The notes beneath the pieces are model-generated. The model was not told the origin of the DNA, searched no databases, and saw only the letters and a list, made by a program, of their open reading frames with translations. A DNA stretch of 64,000 nucleotides, from the NCBI GenBank assembly GCA_963674595.2, contig CAXXFV010000004.1, positions 128,001-192,000 on the forward strand, written 5' to 3'. Each line of letters starts with the position of its first letter. Within the stretch, counting starts at the first letter, position 1. Of this stretch, positions 10,826 to 18,632 are shown piece by piece. The stretch comes from a bacterium (GTDB lineage: Bacteria; Zhuqueibacterota; Zhuqueibacteria; Residuimicrobiales; Krinioviventaceae). Both the position numbers and the translations under genes were made by a program.

Positions 10826-12169
10826 ATGAAAAAAGCATTTATTATCGGTATGGGAATAAGCGGCATGAGTGCCGCCGAATTATTAAACAGACATGGTTAT
10901 TCCGTTTTTGTCGCTGAAAATCGGCCTGCTGATAAAGTCAAAAATCAAACTCAAAAACTTGAACAACTCGGTGTTTCCTATGAAACAAATTGCCAGAGTT
11001 CGGTCCATTTAAATGACACAGACTTTATCGTAAAAAGTCCGGGGGTGCCAAACACCAACCCGTTCATTACAGAAGCTAAAATAAAAAAAATACCCATTCA
11101 CAGTGAAGTTGAAATTGCAAGTTGGTTTTGCAAAGCGCCGGTCATTGCAATTACAGGGTCAAACGGCAAGTCTACCACAACCTGTTTAACCGGAGCATTG
11201 ATCAAAGACCACTTTCCGCAAACATTTATCGGAGGTAATCTGGGGATACCTTTCAGCGAGCATGCTGATAAATTAACAGATAAAGATTACGCGGTTGTTG
11301 AACTCTCCAATTTTCAACTTGAAGACAGTACAATTTTTAAACCCTTTATTGCCATTTTGTTAAATATAACCCCGGACCATCTTGACCGTTATCCCTCCTT
11401 TTCTGCTTATATTGCTACTAAATTTCGTATCATTAAAGATCAAACACTTGACGATTATTTTATATACAATGTTGATGATCCAATAGTTATGCAAAACATG
11501 CGGGCAATCCCTTCACAGCCTCTTACGATCAGCCTGGATAAAAATCGTTGCAGCTTTGTCTATTTTGAAAAGGAGAAGCTTTATACAAAAGATGGAGACT
11601 TTATTATAAATTATAATGATATGAAATTAAAAGGGATCCATAATAAATATAACATTTTGGCTTCTGTAACCGCAGCCCTGTGCCTGAAAATCCCTCTTTA
11701 CATCATTCAAAAAAATTTATTATCTTTTGTGCCGATTGAACATCGACTGGAATATGTCGATACGATAAACGATGTTATTTTTTACAATGATTCCAAAGCA
11801 ACAAATACCGATGCAACAAAATGGGCGTTAAAGGGTTTTAACGAGTCTATTCATTTGTTGGTTGGAGGAAAATTTAAAGAAAAAGACTTTTCAGCAATTA
11901 TACCTGTTTTAAAAGAAAAAAAATTAACATTTTATATTTTTGGTAAAAGTAAAACGTTTATAGCAGATCAATTCAAAGACCTTGGTCATGATTTATACGT
12001 CTATGAAGATTTGGAAAGCGCTTTTAAACAAAGTTGTAAAAATGCAAAAGCGGGTGAAATAGTTCTTTTATCACCCATGTGCGCCTCATTAGACCAATAC
12101 AATAGTTTTGAAGAACGAGGGCGACATTTCAAAACACTTGTTAAAAATATAAAACAGCAGGATGTCTAA
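10826..12169 (+). CDS. murD: UDP-N-acetylmuramoyl-L-alanine--D-glutamate ligase
   Basis: GMGISG, KSPGVP, AITGSNGKSTT, GGNLG, ELSNFQL, NITPDHLDR, HRLE, NDSKATN, LLSPMCASLDQY...FEERG. ATG 10826 preferred over GTG 10817. Confidence 0.93.
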   Translation: MKKAFIIGMGISGMSAAELLNRHGYSVFVAENRPADKVKNQTQKLEQLGVSYETNCQSSVHLNDTDFIVKSPGVPNTNPFITEAKIKKIPIHSEVEIASWFCKAPVIAITGSNGKSTTTCLTGALIKDHFPQTFIGGNLGIPFSEHADKLTDKDYAVVELSNFQLEDSTIFKPFIAILLNITPDHLDRYPSFSAYIATKFRIIKDQTLDDYFIYNVDDPIVMQNMRAIPSQPLTISLDKNRCSFVYFEKEKLYTKDGDFIINYNDMKLKGIHNKYNILASVTAALCLKIPLYIIQKNLLSFVPIEHRLEYVDTINDVIFYNDSKATNTDATKWALKGFNESIHLLVGGKFKEKDFSAIIPVLKEKKLTFYIFGKSKTFIADQFKDLGHDLYVYEDLESAFKQSCKNAKAGEIVLLSPMCASLDQYNSFEERGRHFKTLVKNIKQQDV

Positions 12170-12172
12170 AAC

Positions 12173-13357
12173 ATGGAAAACCCGAAAAAACCGATAATTG
12201 TGCAAAAATATGGCGGCAGTTCACTTGCAACGCCGGAGCATATTAAAAATATTGCCAGACATATTGTAGACCGAAAAAATACAGGTATTGATTTGGTAAT
12301 AGTTGTTTCTGCAATGGGTAAAACAACAGACCAATATGTAAAACTGGCCCATGAGTTAAATCCTAATCCGGACCGTCGTGAAATGGACATGCTGTTATCC
12401 GTTGGTGAACGTATATCCATTGCAGCACTGGCATTGGCCATAAATGCAACGGGTGAACAAAAAGCAATCAGCTTTACCGGCAGCCAAATTGGAATTATAA
12501 CAGACAACAATCATACACAAGCCCGTATTCTGGAAATAAAAGGGCATCGTTTACTGCAAGCTTTGGACGAAGACAAAATTGTTATCGTTGCTGGCTTTCA
12601 GGGTGTTTCCTTGAACAAAGAAATTACAACTCTGGGAAGAGGCGGTTCGGACACAACGGCCGTAGCCCTTGCCGCCGCTCTCAAGGCCGATTATTGTGAA
12701 ATCATGTCTGATATTGACGGCATTTATTCGGCAGATCCCAAACTCATAAAAACCGCCAAACGAATTGATCATATTCATTACGACCAGGCCCTGGAAATGG
12801 CCTCTGCCGGGGCAAAAATGCTGCAACAGACATCGGTAGAGTTTGCCAAAAGACATCAGGTTAAATTGTCTCTGGGATCATCAGCTACCGGTGAAATCGG
12901 TACAATTGTTACCAACGAAAGCCTGAATAAAAATTGTGTCTCCGGGATTACAATCGATAAAAACTTGTCAATCATTCGATTTTCAACCAATCAAAACAAC
13001 ACCCTATTGCTGCCTTATCTTTTTTCAAAAGAAAAAATAATGGTTAAAATTTGGCAGCTTGTACAAGGATTGGGAATAATGGGAGTTTCTCAAAGCGATT
13101 CGGGTTTTGTTAAAAGACTTGTCGAACCACATATTAATAGCATACATATTGAGGATAAATGGGCGGCCTTAACGGTTGTCGGTGCCGGCGTCGGCATCGG
13201 CAGTAAAACCTGTCAACTCTTTCTCGAAACATTGGAAAAACTTTTAATTCAACCGGAACTTTTAAGATCTGACGAATTGTATCTTAAAATTATCATAGAA
13301 GAATCAAAGGCAGATAATCTGTTGGAGGAACTGCATAAAGTCTTTTTTAATGACTAA
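12173..13357 (+). CDS. lysC: Aspartate kinase
   Basis: VQKYGGSS, VVSAMGKTTD, SVGERIS, AGFQG, TTLGRGGSDTTA, DIDGIYSADP; degenerate ACT-like C-terminus. Confidence 0.93.
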   Translation: MENPKKPIIVQKYGGSSLATPEHIKNIARHIVDRKNTGIDLVIVVSAMGKTTDQYVKLAHELNPNPDRREMDMLLSVGERISIAALALAINATGEQKAISFTGSQIGIITDNNHTQARILEIKGHRLLQALDEDKIVIVAGFQGVSLNKEITTLGRGGSDTTAVALAAALKADYCEIMSDIDGIYSADPKLIKTAKRIDHIHYDQALEMASAGAKMLQQTSVEFAKRHQVKLSLGSSATGEIGTIVTNESLNKNCVSGITIDKNLSIIRFSTNQNNTLLLPYLFSKEKIMVKIWQLVQGLGIMGVSQSDSGFVKRLVEPHINSIHIEDKWAALTVVGAGVGIGSKTCQLFLETLEKLLIQPELLRSDELYLKIIIEESKADNLLEELHKVFFND

Positions 13358-13411
13358 AAAATAACTATATTAACTTTTAAAAAATAAAATTATAAAAAAT
13401 AAACGGTAAAC

Positions 13412-14695
13412 ATGGAAAAATTTGTTATTGAAGGCGGACACCAGTTAAAAGGGTCCGTGCGAATTTCCGGCAACAAAAACGAAGCGTTGCCTGTTTTGGC
13501 GGCTACACTTTTAACGGACGAAACAGTTATTTTGAGAAACGTTCCCCGCATTGGTGATGTCAACATGATGTTGGATATCATGAAAAGTATTGGTGTTAAA
13601 ATACGGGAACTATCGGAAAATGACCTGGAAATAAACAGCAGTGACATTAAACACGCCGAACTGGATGAAAAAAAATGTTCCACATTGCGGGCGGCTTTGC
13701 TGTTGGCAGGACCGTTAATTTCTCGATTTAATAAAGTATTACTTCCTCCCCCGGGTGGTGATGTTATCGGACGACGCAGGTTAGACACCCATTTTATAGC
13801 CTTTAAAAGCCTGGGTGTGGATGTGTCGGAAAAAAATAAAAAATACTATTTTGAAAAAAAACATTTACTGGGCAGTGACATTTTTTTAGAGGAACAATCG
13901 GTCACAGCTACTGAAAATGCGTTAATGGCAGCGTGTTTGGCAAAAGGAGAAACAATTTTACGTAATGCCGCCTGTGAACCACATGTTACCGGATTAGCCC
14001 GCATGTTAAACTCGATGGGGGCAAATATTACCGGCATTGGAACAAATATTTTAAAAATAAATGGTGTAGAAAAACTTGGCGGTACGGAACATGCCATCGG
14101 ACCGGATTATCTGGAAATCGGTGGTTACATTGTGCTGGCAGCGGTTACAAACTCGGAAATCACAATTCAAAATGTAAATTCCGATGATCTTTGTGTTATT
14201 CATTCCACATTTCGAAAAATCGGCATTAAATATGAAATTAACGGAAATGAAATGTTTGTACCGGCAAACCAAAAAATGGAAATTGAACCGGATTTCGCCG
14301 GAGACGTACCGAAAATTGATGACGGCACCTGGCCGGCTTTTCCTTCTGATTTAATGAGCATTATCGTTGTGGCGGCTACCCAGGCCAACGGCACAGCACT
14401 GATTTTTGAAAAAATGTACGACGGCCGGCTTTTCTTTGTCGATTATCTGATCTCCATGGGTGCGCGGATTGTATTATGCGATCCTCATCGCGCTGTTGTT
14501 GTTGGTCCTTCTCAGCTTTATGGGAGCGAATTACAAAGCCCGGATATTCGTGCCGGTATGGCCCTTATCATTGCCGCTTTATGTGCAAAGGGTAAAAGTA
14601 TCATTTATAACATCCGCCAAATCGACCGGGGTTATGAAAATCTGGAGAAAAAATTACAACAACTGGGCGCTAAAATAACACGTGTATCCGAGTAA
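13412..14695 (+). CDS. murA: UDP-N-acetylglucosamine 1-carboxyvinyltransferase, Cys-to-Asp active-site type
   Basis: SGNKNEALP, PGGDVIGRR, SVTATEN, NAACEP, FPSD, PDIRAG, IDRGYE. Confidence 0.95.
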   Translation: MEKFVIEGGHQLKGSVRISGNKNEALPVLAATLLTDETVILRNVPRIGDVNMMLDIMKSIGVKIRELSENDLEINSSDIKHAELDEKKCSTLRAALLLAGPLISRFNKVLLPPPGGDVIGRRRLDTHFIAFKSLGVDVSEKNKKYYFEKKHLLGSDIFLEEQSVTATENALMAACLAKGETILRNAACEPHVTGLARMLNSMGANITGIGTNILKINGVEKLGGTEHAIGPDYLEIGGYIVLAAVTNSEITIQNVNSDDLCVIHSTFRKIGIKYEINGNEMFVPANQKMEIEPDFAGDVPKIDDGTWPAFPSDLMSIIVVAATQANGTALIFEKMYDGRLFFVDYLISMGARIVLCDPHRAVVVGPSQLYGSELQSPDIRAGMALIIAALCAKGKSIIYNIRQIDRGYENLEKKLQQLGAKITRVSE

Positions 14696-14701
14696 TAATT
14701 G

Positions 14702-15601
14702 ATGAATACAGACTTTTCCGATAAATTTAAAATTCAACATAATGTCTCACTGGCAGATTATACATCTATAAAAATCGGGGGTAATGCTAAATATTTAGCC
14801 TCCATCTCCGACCTTAATTTGTATATAGAACTGTATCTTTTTTGCAAAGAAAAAAATATCCGCTTTTTATCACTGGGGCATGGTACAAATGTATTTTTCC
14901 CCCAAACAGGTTTTGACGGACTTGTTGTGATAAATAAAATGGATAAAATATGTACATGCAGCGGAAACTCGATCCTTGCCCAGTCAGGCGCTTCTCTTGC
15001 TGATGTAAACAAAACATGTCTTGAAAATTCATTGACGGGTTTTGAATTTACCTCGGGCATCCCGGGCTCAGTTGGCGGCGCTGTTTTCGGAAACGCCGGC
15101 GCCTACGGATGTGCTATTGGCAACAGACTGATACGTGCAAAAATATTGACACCGGAAGGAAAAATTTCATTTGTAGATAATGATTTTTTTAAATTTTCTT
15201 ATCGCAGCTCATACCTCAAAGTTTATAATGCCATACTTTTAGAAGCAGAATTTCAATTCCAAAAAGGGGACCAGCAGATTATTGAAAATAAAATCAATGA
15301 AATTTTGGAACTTCGCAGGCAAAAATTACCTGATCATAATGTCCCGACTGCCGGTTCGTATTTTAAAAATTTAAAAGACCAAAAGGGAAACCCGATCGCG
15401 GCGGCAAAATATCTTGATGCTGTAAACAGCAAACAAACCAGTGTTGGCGACATTGGCGTTCATTTTAAACATGCCAACATTTTTTATAATAAAGGCAAGG
15501 GCACTGCCGACCAGGTGCTGGAACTTGAAAAAATTTTAAAAGATAAAGTCCTTAAAAAGTTTGGAATCGACCTGGAAAGAGAAGTCATGTTCCTGGAATA
15601 A
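14702..15601 (+). CDS. murB: UDP-N-acetylenolpyruvoylglucosamine reductase
   Basis: TSIKIGG, GHGTNV, GIPGSVGGAVFGNAGAYG, FSYRSS, AGSYFKN, HANIF, LEREV. Start could be TTG 14699. Confidence 0.93.
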   Translation: MNTDFSDKFKIQHNVSLADYTSIKIGGNAKYLASISDLNLYIELYLFCKEKNIRFLSLGHGTNVFFPQTGFDGLVVINKMDKICTCSGNSILAQSGASLADVNKTCLENSLTGFEFTSGIPGSVGGAVFGNAGAYGCAIGNRLIRAKILTPEGKISFVDNDFFKFSYRSSYLKVYNAILLEAEFQFQKGDQQIIENKINEILELRRQKLPDHNVPTAGSYFKNLKDQKGNPIAAAKYLDAVNSKQTSVGDIGVHFKHANIFYNKGKGTADQVLELEKILKDKVLKKFGIDLEREVMFLE

Positions 15602-15683
15602 AACAATTCTGTGTTTTTTTTAATTTTTTGCACGGGGATTTGAAACGAATTTATCAATTTTGATTTTATAAACCGCTATAACG

Positions 15684-15715
15684 TACAAAAGGTCCGGAGG
15701 ACCGGACCTTTTGTA
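15684..15715. terminator. Bidirectional Rho-independent terminator (end of the mur operon on +, end of the candidate sRNA on -)
   Basis: Perfect 14-bp inverted repeat TACAAAAGGTCCGG-agga-CCGGACCTTTTGTA, T runs on both strands. Confidence 0.85.
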
Positions 15716-15853
15716 ACTGGGCAATGTTAATGCGGGGGTGAATGGAGTTTTTATAAAAACCAGAGCTCACTGATGAATATCAATGGGGCTCTTCAGGGGA
15801 TGTTAAAAATGTAACTCGGCCATCCCGATAGTGAACCCTGGATTCGTTTTCTA
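15684..15853 (-). ncRNA. Candidate sigma54-dependent small RNA (~170 nt); no family recognised
   Basis: GC-richer island in an AT-rich intergenic region, bounded by a -24/-12 motif and a terminator. Several hairpins (GGGATG/CATCCC; AGAGC..CATTGAT-attc-ATCAGTG..GCTCT; GTTTTT-at-AAAAAC) and a C-rich linker CTCCATTCACCCCCGC. No convincing ORF inside the predicted transcript. Confidence 0.55.
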
Positions 15854-15863
15854 CTTTTACTTT

Positions 15864-15879
15864 AGCAACATTCATTCCA
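15864..15879 (-). promoter_or_regulatory. Putative sigma54 (-24/-12) promoter of the candidate sRNA
   Basis: Minus strand TGGAAT-GAATG-TTGCT versus consensus TGGCAC-N5-TTGCW; GG and GC correctly spaced. Confidence 0.55.
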
Positions 15880-15961
15880 TTTTGGAAACATTTATCCAAA
15901 AACAATTAAAAAAAATATTGCACAAGTCTTTATTTTACAATACCAAAAAATGTTAATTTTT

Positions 15962-15975
15962 TGTCAAAACAGACA
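15962..15975. promoter_or_regulatory. Putative enhancer-binding-protein site
   Basis: Palindrome TGTC-aaaaca-GACA (TGT-N8-ACA) about 83 bp upstream of the -24 box. Confidence 0.4.
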
Positions 15976-16049
15976 GGCGGGCCAATGATTGAGGCCTGAA
16001 TGAAAAAAACGACATAAATGGATGACAAAAGTCTTAAAAAAGTGTCGGG

Positions 16050-17741
16050 TTAATTTTTATAATAGAGAGTTATACCCCATGAATCCGGATTATCAGGTTC
16101 GCAAGCATTCCAATCTTCAAAGCTGTGGCTATCATCACTGATATAATAAAGCACATAATCTCCAACGTGCAAATTTATTTGATCTTTACATAAACGATTT
16201 TTTTGAGCGCCGCCGGCACTGGTCGTATTTTGATATTCCATCTTCCAGACGACAGTTCCCTTAGAATCTTCAATCCAGCCATAATCATACATTTCCATTT
16301 GTTCCCCTTCCCCAAGGGCATAGATAAGGATGGGGGAATTCTGAGAAACAGTAAATTGCTTTTGTCTTTTTTCATTATCGCCGACTTTAGTAATGGAAGC
16401 GATATAGTTCGGATCATTTTCTTTAACATAAGAAATAACATCATCCGGTACAAACGAGCTGTCAGCCGGGAAAAGAGAAATTCCCCAAAATTCAGAATCA
16501 ACCGGAGGTGCATCGTTCCATTGATTATAGGCATGAGAATCATCTGAACGATAATACAGGTAATAAGCCCCTGCGGGCAGTTCAATAATCTGGTCCGCCA
16601 TGCGGTTCTTTTTTGCTCCACCGGCATGTACAGTATTATTTCTATTCATTGACCACACCGTTTCATGGGTTCCGGCATTAACAATCCAACCATGATCAGA
16701 AAATTGTTTACTATGTTTTACCTGTTCACCAAGAGCATAGATTCTCACCTTGGTATCTTTTAACAGCTCAAAGCCCTTTTTAATAAAAGCATTGTCTTGC
16801 ACATTGGTAATTTTAATAATGGTTTTATCAATAATTTCTTTGTTGTTTAAAAATTCCACAAATTTCATATCTTTCGGAGAGAACCACAAAGTTATTCCCC
16901 AGTATTCCGGATCATAGGGAATACAATCATTAAATTCTTCAAAGGAATGAGAATCGTCTGTAATAAAAGTCAGTTCATATTCCCCCGGAGGAATGGAAAT
17001 TATTTCTCTAAAAAGTCTGTTTTTTCTGCTGCCACCGGCATAACGTCCTTGTCCGGATTGGGGCTGCCAAACAACCTTTCTTGTTTTTGCATTTAAAATA
17101 ACGCCATAATCAAACAAATCCCGGTCCGACCTCTGGGCTTCCCCCAGCATATAAATTTCAGCTTTTATGGTTTTTTTAACCACAAACAACGATTTTAAAG
17201 ACTGATCATCCCCAACCTTAGTTAATTGAATACCGGGCCGGCTGGTAATAAAATTTTTTAACGGATAGCATTGATCCTGGTTGCTTTTATAGGGTGTAAT
17301 TTTCAGGTAAAAGTTGTCTTTTTTTGATTTTAATTTCAGCCCAGCCATCAATTCGTCAAATAAGCCTTTATCATGTTCATTTACTTCCTGTTCAAAGCAT
17401 AAAATACCGGCATAGGCTTCGTAGGATCCTTTTCTTAAAACAACCTGATTTTGAATTGTTACAAAATTATAATCTTTTGAGGAAACATCGGTTCGGTCCA
17501 CTTTCCATACAAGGTCACGCGATTCGGAATCCAGCAACCAAAATAAAGCTATAGGTTCTTCATCCACCACCGGAATAACAGCATCTATTTTTACTGTCAT
17601 TTCATCATCGACCCGAAATGATTGTTTTTCCCACTGGTTTTCCTCAAATTGATTAATAAGGACGACCGGGTCACCCCAGGTTTGAGCCGTTAAGAGTTGA
17701 ACAGAAAAAATCCAAAATCCTAAAATTAATTTTATATACAT
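16050..17741 (-). CDS. Secreted protein built from four tandem ~120-130 aa beta-rich repeats, unknown function
   Basis: Signal peptide LLTA/Q; repeats 2-4 share IYxLGE, D(Y/H)Gx I, VW, AGGxxKNR, GxYxL, DDSH(S/A), PxxxxxWGI(T/S)L; repeat 1 is degenerate. Confidence 0.8.
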   Translation of the reverse strand: MYIKLILGFWIFSVQLLTAQTWGDPVVLINQFEENQWEKQSFRVDDEMTVKIDAVIPVVDEEPIALFWLLDSESRDLVWKVDRTDVSSKDYNFVTIQNQVVLRKGSYEAYAGILCFEQEVNEHDKGLFDELMAGLKLKSKKDNFYLKITPYKSNQDQCYPLKNFITSRPGIQLTKVGDDQSLKSLFVVKKTIKAEIYMLGEAQRSDRDLFDYGVILNAKTRKVVWQPQSGQGRYAGGSRKNRLFREIISIPPGEYELTFITDDSHSFEEFNDCIPYDPEYWGITLWFSPKDMKFVEFLNNKEIIDKTIIKITNVQDNAFIKKGFELLKDTKVRIYALGEQVKHSKQFSDHGWIVNAGTHETVWSMNRNNTVHAGGAKKNRMADQIIELPAGAYYLYYRSDDSHAYNQWNDAPPVDSEFWGISLFPADSSFVPDDVISYVKENDPNYIASITKVGDNEKRQKQFTVSQNSPILIYALGEGEQMEMYDYGWIEDSKGTVVWKMEYQNTTSAGGAQKNRLCKDQINLHVGDYVLYYISDDSHSFEDWNACEPDNPDSWGITLYYKN

Positions 17742-17751
17742 AATAAATCCG

Positions 17752-18594
17752 TTATTTTACAGTTATATCCAGTTCGCCAATTCCCGATGAAATGACAAGA
17801 TATAATGAATTTTCAGCCGTGTTATAGTTTTCCGAATAAAGATATTTGCCTTTTTTTGAAAACCTGGTCGGAAAATTAATTTGGGACAAAAAAGATAAAG
17901 ATGAAACTTTGATTTTTGTACCAACCGATTCAGGAATAATTACCGATGTTTCACCAATGTCGAGATCGATTTTGGCCATGGTTCGGTGTATTCTCTCACC
18001 GGTAAAATCGACAGTCATTTCACCAATGCCGCCGTTTATGTCAGCTTCTTTAAAATTCGCATTTCCAAGATTTCTTAATGTAAGCTCACCGACTTTAACA
18101 TTGACGTCAAATGTTTCCATGGGTATTTTATTGGGCTGGAAAAAGTCAACATCAACTTGACCTGCCCAGTTTATCAAATCAAAATTTTTTATTCTCAAGC
18201 CGCCTACATCATACTTGATTTCACCAGCCTTTATTCTGCTTTTTATATTAATAAAGGGCTTTTCAGGCAAACGAACGATGAGTTTTGCGCTTTCCTGACC
18301 ATTTGTGTTTTTCCAGACTTTCCAGTTTTTAAAATCAAATTTAATATCGAGTTCATTTTTTCTTTCATTAAAACGGATATCACCTCTGCTGTTTTTTTCA
18401 CTGTACTTTAGTGAAACCCAAACATAATCCTCATCATGTCTTTCGACAATGACAATGCCGCCGTCTACCTCCAAATTAATCTGAACATTGTCTTCCACGA
18501 CATAAGATTCTTCTATAACTACCCGTTGTTCCTGCGCAAAGACACAGGTAACGAGCAACAAAAAAAATGAACATAAGATAATAAACTGCTTCAT
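17752..18594 (-). CDS. Secreted LiaF/DUF2154/toast-rack-like beta-solenoid protein
   Basis: Signal peptide VFA/Q; repeated GE/GIGE turns (KAGEI, KVGEL, GGIGEM, DIGET, SGIGEL). Confidence 0.65.
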   Translation of the reverse strand: MKQFIILCSFFLLLVTCVFAQEQRVVIEESYVVEDNVQINLEVDGGIVIVERHDEDYVWVSLKYSEKNSRGDIRFNERKNELDIKFDFKNWKVWKNTNGQESAKLIVRLPEKPFINIKSRIKAGEIKYDVGGLRIKNFDLINWAGQVDVDFFQPNKIPMETFDVNVKVGELTLRNLGNANFKEADINGGIGEMTVDFTGERIHRTMAKIDLDIGETSVIIPESVGTKIKVSSLSFLSQINFPTRFSKKGKYLYSENYNTAENSLYLVISSGIGELDITVK

Positions 18595-18632
18595 CAGTCC
18601 TCCTGATTCCCAAAAATTTTATACAAAAAAAA

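Noticed and set aside
15780-15875. 31-codon minus-strand ORF MNVAKVKVENESRVHYRDGRVTFLTSPEEPH overlapping the candidate sRNA
   Set aside because: Its ATG lies inside the -24/-12 motif and lacks a spaced ribosome-binding site; kept only as the alternative hypothesis to the sRNA.
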